A stretch of DNA of 63,987 nucleotides, filler included, from Stramenopiles sp. TOSAG23-3 (Eukaryota), in NCBI GenBank assembly GCA_900128585.1. It is 3 parts of 3 records of this genome, joined end to end, with 100 filler letters (N's around TTAATTAATTAA, not from the genome) between each part and the next. Parts side by side here need not be neighbours in the genome. Positions count along the whole stretch, not along the records: positions 44,473 to 63,987 come from LT642399.1; 2 more parts are not named here. The stretch is one strand, 5' to 3'. Below the pieces are notes generated by a model that had not been told where the DNA came from, ran no database searches, and saw only the letters and a program-made list of their open reading frames with translations. A program made the translations under genes and the position numbers. Below, one piece after another: positions 56,114 to 63,987 of this stretch (its first letter is position 1; every line of letters starts with the position of its first letter).

Positions 56114-56512
56114 TTTGTTTCCTCAGCGCACGAAGCACAAAAAATCGATGAAAGAGACCTGCTTTCTTAGCTGTGCTCTTTCTTTAAAAATAATAATATC
56201 CAAGGGCATTGCCATGTACGCTATACGCCGAACAAGTCTGGGTATTATCTTACCCCAACCAGCTCCAACTCCCTCCCTCCCCCCACTTTCGATGATGAGA
56301 AGATGGATGGGGGTACGGTATTAATAGAAGAGTACGGTGTGTACTGGTATAATAAAATTTTGGACTCGCACTGGTTGCTCTGTGCCGCTTTCCTTGCTGC
56401 TTTTACCGGTAAAATATAAAATGCACAACTACCTCTGTTGGTACATGCATTTATGACAGAGATACATTTCAGAATACAACTGTATAATACTTGAAGAACC
56501 CCTATGTAAATA

Positions 56513-57919
56513 TTATTCATCCGCCGCCCAAGCAATTTTCACTTCCCCTTCTTTCACCCAGGAATGTGCGGCATCACTGCTTGCTTTTGAGAGTCCACTG
56601 AAAACGTTCCCAAATTTTGCCCGGGGGCTCAGCGGGCCTTCCTGCTCGGCGGCTTCTCCAAGCAGGTGTTTGATTGCAGTGTTAATGTAAGCTTCCCTTG
56701 CCAATGCATTGGTTTCGATGTTTTTCCCACCGTTCTCCTCGTCCGCGAATGCACCATTCACGATGACACTCGGAGCATGACCAACATTTTCATACCTCCG
56801 GTCCGTCAATGCAACTATTTTTGTGCTCATGGGGGCATAGTTTTCTGTGTGGGAGTACAGGCCGTGGTCTCCCCTGGGCCGTGTGTCGGGAAAACCTTCA
56901 CTTCCCAACGAGTCGATGCTAAACATTTCTTCGATGTTGTTCGGCGCTCTTGCAGGGGCCTTTTCTACATTCGCTCGTCGATTTCCCCCTTTCCCATCGA
57001 ACGGCAAGGGGAGGTTTATCTCGTTCCCGTTGCCATCTCTAATCCCTAGTACTCCCTTTTCGTGCTGGGGCTTCCGGTTTCCATCTGGCAACAACGAGTC
57101 CACGGACGCTTGCTCGGGAAGGGCCTTCTTTTCGGGCGGGTCAACCGCGCCTTCTTCCGACTCCTCGTCTTGCAACCGCGGGGTAGTCTGGGTCGCCACC
57201 CCTTCTAAGTATGTCATGGTAAATTTGTCCTCTGCTGGTGGCTTTCTCGAGTACTCCTCTCGCAGTTGAAAAATAAACTGTTCGTGCTCTTCTGCGGTCT
57301 TCTGCCTGCTCACTTCGGCTTGTTTCCTTTCAAGCAATCGAGCCTGTTCCAGCTCTGCCATATGCACCTGCTCCATTTTCACATCCTCCCAAACGCTTTT
57401 CCATGCGCCGAACGTGATGACGACGCACATTTGCTGCATTCGCATTCTCATTTTGGCAATTTTTCGCATGTTGTTCATGTGCTCCTGCAGCGACTCCCAC
57501 CCCGCACTCAGCGTCTTGTTGTCTAAACGCCGCAAAATCCTCACCATCAAGTCCTTCTGACGTTCCCTCTCTTTCTCCTCGGCTTTCTTTTTCATGGCCT
57601 CCAGCTCAAGTTCTGCCGGGGTTGGCCCTGGCGGTGGCGCTGGGCGTGGAAACAGTTGCAGTAAGCGCGAATGAACGTCATCGATTCTACAAAAGAAATC
57701 CAAGACGTGGGTGCCCGGGAAAACCTTTGGCTCGGCTACTTGTGGCGGCCCAGAAGTGTCGTCATCGTCGTCCTCCTCGCTTTCTTCGCTGTCCGAATCC
57801 GAATCCGAATCCGAATCCGAATCCGAATCCGAATTGTAATCACTGTCCGAATCGGAATCATCCTCATCGGACGATGTATCATTGACCCCATCCTCCAGAT
57901 CATCAACCACAGGAGCCAT
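56513..57919 (-). CDS. Uncharacterised protein with Ser-Asp acidic N-terminus and two Sfi1-like helical motifs
   Basis: (SD)n encoded by (TTCGGA)n; ILRRLDNKTLSAGWESL and CVVITFGAWKSVW; ATG at 57919. Confidence 0.7.
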   Translation of the reverse strand: MAPVVDDLEDGVNDTSSDEDDSDSDSDYNSDSDSDSDSDSDSDSEESEEDDDDDTSGPPQVAEPKVFPGTHVLDFFCRIDDVHSRLLQLFPRPAPPPGPTPAELELEAMKKKAEEKERERQKDLMVRILRRLDNKTLSAGWESLQEHMNNMRKIAKMRMRMQQMCVVITFGAWKSVWEDVKMEQVHMAELEQARLLERKQAEVSRQKTAEEHEQFIFQLREEYSRKPPAEDKFTMTYLEGVATQTTPRLQDEESEEGAVDPPEKKALPEQASVDSLLPDGNRKPQHEKGVLGIRDGNGNEINLPLPFDGKGGNRRANVEKAPARAPNNIEEMFSIDSLGSEGFPDTRPRGDHGLYSHTENYAPMSTKIVALTDRRYENVGHAPSVIVNGAFADEENGGKNIETNALAREAYINTAIKHLLGEAAEQEGPLSPRAKFGNVFSGLSKASSDAAHSWVKEGEVKIAWAADE

Positions 57920-58551
57920 GATGACAAAAAAAACAATCAAAGAATAAGAAAATTCGTTTGAAATTAAATTTAAACGTTTCTCAAACCTCGCCTTCCCTTA
58001 AGAACACAAATCAATCGATGTTAACTTTTTCTGCTCTATCGTGTATACAGTTCTACTTTTTGATTTTGTGAACATCGTCATTATTTCCAAATCAAATTAA
58101 ACAAAACGACGACGATTTTTCTTTTTCTTCATTCCGTGTTGTGTTTCTGTTCTTGTTTCATTTTCATCAAATTCAAACTAGTCTTTCAAACGACATGAGA
58201 TTTCTTCTCTATAATAATGTGCATGCTATTCCCTTTGTTTGTTTTAAAATTTATTTATTTATCGATATAGGTACCACAAGTGGTTTGTGATTCCATTTTA
58301 AAAGTTGTGAGATTGATTATTCGTTATATTTATTGCAAAATATGAGTTAGAAATTGTAATAATATAAACACAGCATTGTAAATGAATAATAATTCATGTT
58401 ATGATTATAGAAGAAGAAATAATAGATAGATAGATAGGGGCCCTTAAGCCTTAAGGACTGTACGGTACGGTACAAAGGTCATCACATTAAGCGATAGAGT
58501 CAATAATAACGAAACACTTGGTTTGGTTTGTTATTTAGATGCACATTGCTT

Positions 58552-59001
58552 TTAGTACAGTCGTGAGCACTTTATGTGCCTCCATTTATAATACTGTTCG
58601 GGGGTCAGAGTACCATGTCTATTAACACCCTTGTCAATTTTCCAACCGCAAACGTAACATTTAGACCTATTGCTTTTTGCTGGTTCAACTATAGTTTGGG
58701 ACATTTTCTCATGTGTTGAATGATTGGACGATGCCGGAGAGTCACGGGTGCGTGCAGTTGGCATTGAACGATGTCGCTTTAGTATCGGCTTTTGTGTCGC
58801 CCCATCGGAAGATGATGGAGAGGCGGCATAACGTGAACTTACATTTGGCGTAGAATGACCTCGCTTTAGCATCCGTTTCCTCGAAATATTTACAGACTCG
58901 TTTCGAGAACAATTTGACGACAAGCTAGACGAGGCGCTGCCACCGCGGCTGCCGCTCGTTCCACTGATTCTTGCAGAGCTTTGGCCAGTGCTGTTAGTCC
59001 C
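58552..59001 (-). CDS. In-frame continuation after the TGA of the GIY-YIG ORF, ending in a PARP-type zinc finger
   Basis: Open from 59001 to TAA at 58552; IVEPAKSNRSKCYVCGWKIDKGVNRHG...KWRHIKC matches the zf-PARP CxxC...WxHxxC pattern. Confidence 0.7.
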   Translation of the reverse strand, partial: GTNSTGQSSARISGTSGSRGGSASSSLSSNCSRNESVNISRKRMLKRGHSTPNVSSRYAASPSSSDGATQKPILKRHRSMPTARTRDSPASSNHSTHEKMSQTIVEPAKSNRSKCYVCGWKIDKGVNRHGTLTPEQYYKWRHIKCSRLY

Positions 59002-59976
59002 TCACTGCTGTTCTGACATTAGCGCTTCTAACTTTTGCAACCATGCTGCTTTATCGTTTGCATGTGTACATGTACTAATGAAGTGTCCTTTTCTCCCGCA
59101 CTGCCTGCATAATTTGTTTCGTTCCGTTATCTCACGTTTGATTCCTTTCAAGTCATCATAAGGAAGAGTCTCTTGGGCGTATGCCCAACCGCGCACTTTA
59201 GAAATACCATGCTTATACATCTGATCATGTGTCTCATTCCTTTCCCAATTATCGAGGTCCTCTGACCGAGGGGATATTGGATCTAGCCGTTCTAAATTTA
59301 AACATCCGTGGATTTTACACCAAGCAGCGCCGCCGTATCCCTGTCGGTGCATCTCGATTCTCGCAGAAATGTCATATTTCGCCTCTCCGACGTAAATACA
59401 CCCGTCATCAAGTTTTAAGACATATACTCCTGGTTGTGACAATTCCCTACGCTCCACTGTTGATTGTCGCTGAGATTGAGAACTGCCAGGCGACACGTCA
59501 TCGTCTGCAATTACATATACTTGCTGGTGTCTTGGTTCTTGAGAAATTTCGACTGTTGATTGTCGCTGAGATTGAGAACTGCCAGGCGACACGTCGTCGT
59601 CTGCAATTACATATACTTGCTGGTGTCTTGGTTCTTGAGAAATTTCGACTGTTGATTGTCGCCGAGATTGAGAACTACCAGGCGACATGTCATCGTCTGC
59701 AATTACATAGGCTTGCTGGTGTCTTGGTTCTTGAGAAATTTCGACTGTTGATTGTCGATGAGATGGAGAACTGCCGAACGGCACGCCAGCGTGTTCAATT
59801 TTATGCCCGTCCATGTGATAAGTTGCATAGCAATTGTCCACAATATGACTATCCCGACCACATCGTTCACAGACTTCCATACCCTCTGAACTGCTTTCGC
59901 TACTGCTTGGCCGATTGAGGCTGTAGCATTGTGAGCGCCAGTGACCAGGCCGCCGACAATATGTGCAATATACCAT
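59002..59976 (-). CDS. CCHC zinc-knuckle + GIY-YIG nuclease protein
   Basis: Knuckles CTYCRRPGHWRSQC, CERCGRDSHIVDNC, CRQCGRKGHFISTC; GVYVLKL..GCIYVGEA..ISARIEMH..GAAW..ERNET..MYKHGISKVRG. Confidence 0.85.
   Translation of the reverse strand: MVYCTYCRRPGHWRSQCYSLNRPSSSESSSEGMEVCERCGRDSHIVDNCYATYHMDGHKIEHAGVPFGSSPSHRQSTVEISQEPRHQQAYVIADDDMSPGSSQSRRQSTVEISQEPRHQQVYVIADDDVSPGSSQSQRQSTVEISQEPRHQQVYVIADDDVSPGSSQSQRQSTVERRELSQPGVYVLKLDDGCIYVGEAKYDISARIEMHRQGYGGAAWCKIHGCLNLERLDPISPRSEDLDNWERNETHDQMYKHGISKVRGWAYAQETLPYDDLKGIKREITERNKLCRQCGRKGHFISTCTHANDKAAWLQKLEALMSEQQ
59455..59757. repeat. Coding 96-bp tandem repeat, 3 units plus a partial
   Basis: ACTGTTGATTGTCG recurs at 96-nt spacing; encodes RQSTVEISQEPRHQQVYVIADDDVSPGSSQSQ. 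Confidence 0.92.
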
Positions 59977-60203
59977 TCCCAAAATATTTACAGTCCTAGA
60001 GTTTCATTATGTACAATTTTAGGTTAATATTTAAAATGTTTGATCCGTCCGTCAGAGATTGCATTGGTTCAAATGCAACTTCAAACAAAAGAAAAAAAGG
60101 AGATGTCAAATGTTCAATAAGAGGATGGACGATGATGCATGAAAATGTGTATAGTATAGTAGTAGTAGTAAAAAAAGAACCGATGATATGATCTCCTCCT
60201 TCC

Positions 60204-60299
60204 GTACCTGGTACCACCGGTACCTGGTATAATATTATATTAAATACCTGGGTACCTGGTGCCTGTACCTGGTATAATATTAAAACCAGGTACGGTACG
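60204..60299. repeat. GGTACC/CCTGGTA palindromic array
   Basis: Multiple GTACCTGGTA and GGTACC units ~230 bp upstream of the GIY-YIG gene. Confidence 0.75.
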
Positions 60300-60531
60300 A
60301 ACCTCTCCTCATCTTTTTTTTTTAACAAAATATTGTACATAAAATATAAAGCTTATTATTATAGAGTTAGCGGCGGCGGCTAGTCGTCTACGTACAATAA
60401 AACCAAAAGGTCCGGTAGATCAAATGATCACAGAAGGCAGGCACATACATGGAGCAATACAGATTAATTGTATAGAATGATAGGGTATTATCGAGGTCTC
60501 GTCTCCTTCTCACATTCTTCAGCGACCTCTT

Positions 60532-61974
60532 TTAGTTGAAATCACGGTCAGGAAAAAAACGAGGGGCAACCAAGGTCCAAGTGTACAAGAGCATGGCAAA
60601 CCATTGACTGAACATTTTCACCCACATGCTGGTAGCACCTCCACCCCCAATGGTTTTGTTCCCCCCAGTGCCCCAATCGGTGAGGAGCATTGCCATGTAA
60701 ATGGACCCTGCGCCCATGGCGGCGTGGAAAAACCAGTATCTTTCTTTGATGGGTTCCAGCTCGCGCTCTTTGACGCGCTCCTGGGTCCCGTAGCTCAGCT
60801 TGCGCTGCATTTCGACGTCTTCGTCCATGTTTGGGGAGCTGCCCCCCTCCTTTTCCTCCCCCTCGGCCTTCCCGTACTTGCTGAAGTGGCTCGCGCCCTG
60901 CTTTGCGAGCGGAACCCGCATCTCTTCCAAGTCCTCGGTCGCCTCCTCCTCCGCCGCCGTCGGCCCGGACGTGATCGTCGTGGCGCTCACGGACGCACTG
61001 TAGCAGGTCCAGGTCAACGAGAACGCGGCGACGGCGAAGCCCAGCCAAACGGACGCTGGGTTGCTCTTGCTGTCGGTCCGGTTCGCGCCGGAGACGGCGC
61101 TCCAGCATAAGTAGACGGAGTACAGGGAGACCACGGCGCTGGTCAGAAGGCTCCCGTCGGTCTCCGCAATGGACAGCTGCATACCGGTGATCACAACGAC
61201 CCCGATCGCGGTGACGCAGATGAACATGAGCTCCGGCCCATCCGTGTTGCTGTAGTTGGCAAACAAGTAGATGATCCAGATGAAAAAGACGATGTACATC
61301 CCTGCGCAGGCCGCGAGGATCGCGCCCAGCCACTTTCTGCCTTTGCCGTCCTCTTCCTCCTCCAGGTCGTTTGATTTCCCGACCCAGGAGTTGTTCCACT
61401 TGTACGCAAAGTCGATGAAGGCTACGATTTGGAAGATGAGAAAAAAGCTCGAGGCAATGCGGGCGAAGAGCGCGTAGCCCGAGTTGCCCGCGATCGCGCC
61501 ACCGGCGTTGCCCGCTCCAAACACATCGTTTTTGATAAAGAAGCTCCCCCCTACGAAGATCAGGTAGATGAGGATCTTTGGACCCCAATACCCGTTGTGC
61601 ATCTTTTCGTTTACTACCAGCGTCCCCAGCATCAGCCCGGCGAACCACAGGAAGGTCCCCATGGATATCCTGTACACCGCGCCGTCGCCCTTGCAGGCCG
61701 CCACGTCGGTGACGGTGCTGCAGCCGACCGTCCAGTAGGACATTTTGATCTGCGGCGCCCCGTAATTCTGCATCACGAGGGCGAACACGCAGCTAAATAG
61801 TATCATAAAAAGGTAGATAACCTTTGAAAACTTTCCGCTGGCCTTCGTCGCGGGGGCCGGGGAGGCACATTTGCAAAAGGCTGTCATGGCCTGGCAGACC
61901 ATGGCGCCCGCACAGCAGGCCGCAGAGGACGCCGCGGACGTCGCGCCCGTCGCAGTTCCAAGAAGAGCACCCAT
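60532..61974 (-). CDS. Serine incorporator (SERINC/TDE/TMS) membrane protein
   Basis: Cys-rich N-terminus, AVYRIS, MHNGYWGPK, FLIFQIVAFIDFAYKWN, SLLTSAVVSLYSVYLCWSA, WFFH, YMAMLLTDW, MWVKMFSQW, LYTWTLVAPRFFPDRDF. Confidence 0.95.
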   Translation of the reverse strand: MGALLGTATGATSAASSAACCAGAMVCQAMTAFCKCASPAPATKASGKFSKVIYLFMILFSCVFALVMQNYGAPQIKMSYWTVGCSTVTDVAACKGDGAVYRISMGTFLWFAGLMLGTLVVNEKMHNGYWGPKILIYLIFVGGSFFIKNDVFGAGNAGGAIAGNSGYALFARIASSFFLIFQIVAFIDFAYKWNNSWVGKSNDLEEEEDGKGRKWLGAILAACAGMYIVFFIWIIYLFANYSNTDGPELMFICVTAIGVVVITGMQLSIAETDGSLLTSAVVSLYSVYLCWSAVSGANRTDSKSNPASVWLGFAVAAFSLTWTCYSASVSATTITSGPTAAEEEATEDLEEMRVPLAKQGASHFSKYGKAEGEEKEGGSSPNMDEDVEMQRKLSYGTQERVKERELEPIKERYWFFHAAMGAGSIYMAMLLTDWGTGGNKTIGGGGATSMWVKMFSQWFAMLLYTWTLVAPRFFPDRDFN

Positions 61975-62781
61975 CGTGTTTTTATTCGTTTCGATTGCGT
62001 TCGTTCGTCGGTTCGTTCGTTTCTTCCTTCCTTCAATTCCAATACGGATCAGATACCTAAGTTCAGACAACCTTTCAATTGTTTTCTTTCGTAGTTACAT
62101 TTAGATTGTAGTTCTTGTTAGTTTAGGGAGTTAGTTTAATTCTCTTCTTTTAGTGTCTATCTATACCAAGGAGTTAGTTCAATATTTTATTATTTTTCTT
62201 CTACAACCAAACAACAGGGGAATTGACTTTGATACCGGTTGGTATTTTATATTACTAATAATACATGTATGAGGAGTCAATACGAAGGAACGTGTTAAGT
62301 AATTGAGAAAAAAAGAAGAGTTAGTTCTCCAGGTTAGGATTAGGGATATAGAGACCAAAATAAACAATGATTAAGGATATGTGTCTATAGAGATTATATG
62401 TGCTATGTGTATGTAAATAGAGTTATATTGTTTCACTTTTTTTATTTTATTTAGTTATATTATTAATATTGAGAAATGATTTCATCTACATTCCTATAGA
62501 CAAAATGGTCTTATCATTCCAAAAGATCTCATACCATTATCCCTATAAACACATATCCTTAATTGTATATGGTTTCTCTTCTCTTTCCAGCGCTTTTGTT
62601 CTCTATGCTGTCTTTATGTATAATAAATAATTATTTCTTTGATTGACAACTCTGGATTCTTTCTTTCTTCGAGTCTAACTATTTATTATACATGGGAATA
62701 GCGCTGAGGTTCAAAGGAATATTTTACTTTTTTTTTACTACACTCACGCACAACTGGCGACTAACACAAAACACAATTCAC

Positions 62782-62936
62782 AAGAAAGAAAGAAAGAAAG
62801 AGTCGAAAGAAAGAAAGAGTCGAAAGAAAGAAAGAAAGAAAGAAAGAGTCGAAAGAAAGAAAGANNNNNNNNNNNNNNNNNNNNNNNNNNNNNNNNNNNN
62901 NNNNAGAAAGAAAGAAAGAAAGAAAGAAAGAGTCGA

Positions 62937-62980
<44 letters not shown>

Positions 62981-62995
62981 AAAGAAAAGAAAGAA
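62782..62995. repeat. (GAAA)n/GAGTCGAA composite repeat containing a 40-N scaffold gap
   Basis: Direct inspection; gap at 62865-62904. Confidence 0.88.
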
Positions 62996-63987
62996 ATACC
63001 ACACACAAAACAACACACACCCAAAACAACCCAACAAAGAAAGACCTTCCTCTCCTCCCTTCATCCAACTATTTCTATATGAAATCCACCTAGTCAGGCC
63101 TTCTTCGACTTCTATACTTAATACCGGTGATTAGTATACTTTTAATAATAAAAATGAACTGTAAAATGCATTGTTATATCATATATTTAAAGCTATTTTA
63201 TACGATTTTATCTTCATTTACATCCCTATGTACTTTTCAAAGATGTAGTCTATGTCAACGTTACTTTTTTGTATTGGTTAACTATCATTATATATATTCT
63301 TTATATTATATTAAGTATAATACATAGTAATCTTCCTCGAACTAGCGTTTCAACGTTCAGTTATACAAAAACAAATTGTTTTAACAGAGGTATAACAGGT
63401 AAATTAATATCTATCCACTGTCATTCTTTTTCATTTTTTTTGTTTTCTTTAAATATTGACATAGCATAGGAATAAAAGAAAGGAAAAGAAGAAGATGCAT
63501 TTCTATTTCTTATTAAAAGTAGAAGTATTTCCTATCTAAACTATACAAATGGTTTCTTTCCTCCACTCCACTTCTGTAAAAAAGGAAGTGGTTGTCATAT
63601 TTATATAGGATTAAATAATAATTAGTATACAAAGAAAAGAATCGTAACGGAATTGGATGTTTAATATCACTATACCATAGAGAAAGAAAGAAGAAGAATG
63701 AAAAAGTAAGGTCAAAATATATATTATTACAAGAAAATAACATACACATAAGAAGAAGGAACAACTGTTGAGAGAGAGAAGAAGAAAGAAGAAGAAGTTC
63801 TTAAAAATAAAAAAATATAATAATAATTATTATTTATTATTAAAAAAAATATAAAAAAATAATTAATTAATATTTTTATATATTAGAGGCACACAACATG
63901 AAAGTAGTAGGGTGGGAGGGATAGCTGGTGGAACCACACGCTCGTTCGTTTCTTTGTTCGATAAGTACGTATGAACAATCCCTAACG

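Noticed and set aside
57792..57858. (TCCGAA)n hexamer repeat
   Set aside because: Simply encodes the Ser-Asp low-complexity tract of the 56513-57919 gene
59455..59757. Regularly spaced repeats as a possible CRISPR array
   Set aside because: Units are contiguous 96-bp in-frame coding duplications with no unique spacers and no cas genes
59002..59976. CCHC knuckles as retrotransposon Gag
   Set aside because: No protease, RT, integrase, LTRs or poly(A) tail nearby
58552..59976. Genome-wide TGA reassignment as explanation for the in-frame stop
   Set aside because: TGA terminates conserved genes at their expected ends here (FZR1 after the IR tail, Snf7, calmodulin-like), so the standard code applies
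1..63987. tRNA, rRNA or spliceosomal introns
   Set aside because: No cloverleaf or rRNA-like segment recognised; conserved proteins read through without needing splicing

Overview
Eukaryotic (protist) genomic DNA, not bacterial. The window is three separate contigs joined by artificial 100-bp N44-TTAATTAATTAA-N44 spacers (22166-22265, 44373-44472), so adjacency across the spacers means nothing. About 27 apparently intronless genes sit between very AT-rich spacers loaded with (GAA)n/(GAAA)n tracts. Gene content (TTLL4, LRRC9, GP63-like M8 peptidase, ZIP4/SPO22-like, FZR1, MAEA/GID9, Snf7, SERINC, CEPT) fits a flagellated heterotrophic protist, possibly a stramenopile; the taxon is inference only. 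Best leads: (1) a zinc-knuckle/GIY-YIG nuclease ORF resembling giant-virus proteins whose frame continues past one in-frame TGA into a PARP-type zinc finger; (2) an 81-bp near-perfect inverted repeat that makes the region upstream of FZR1 antisense to the 3' end of the neighbouring CHORD gene; (3) a tail-to-tail nagA-nagB pair in which NagA carries an extra ~240-aa SLOG-like N-terminal domain; (4) a secreted GxGYxYP putative glycoside hydrolase fused to an ependymin-like domain; (5) two MITE-like families and a recurrent GGTACC palindrome array upstream of genes; (6) LRRC9 split by two homopolymer frameshifts and a DUSP missing its first strand. All family calls come from motif recognition by eye; no searches were run.
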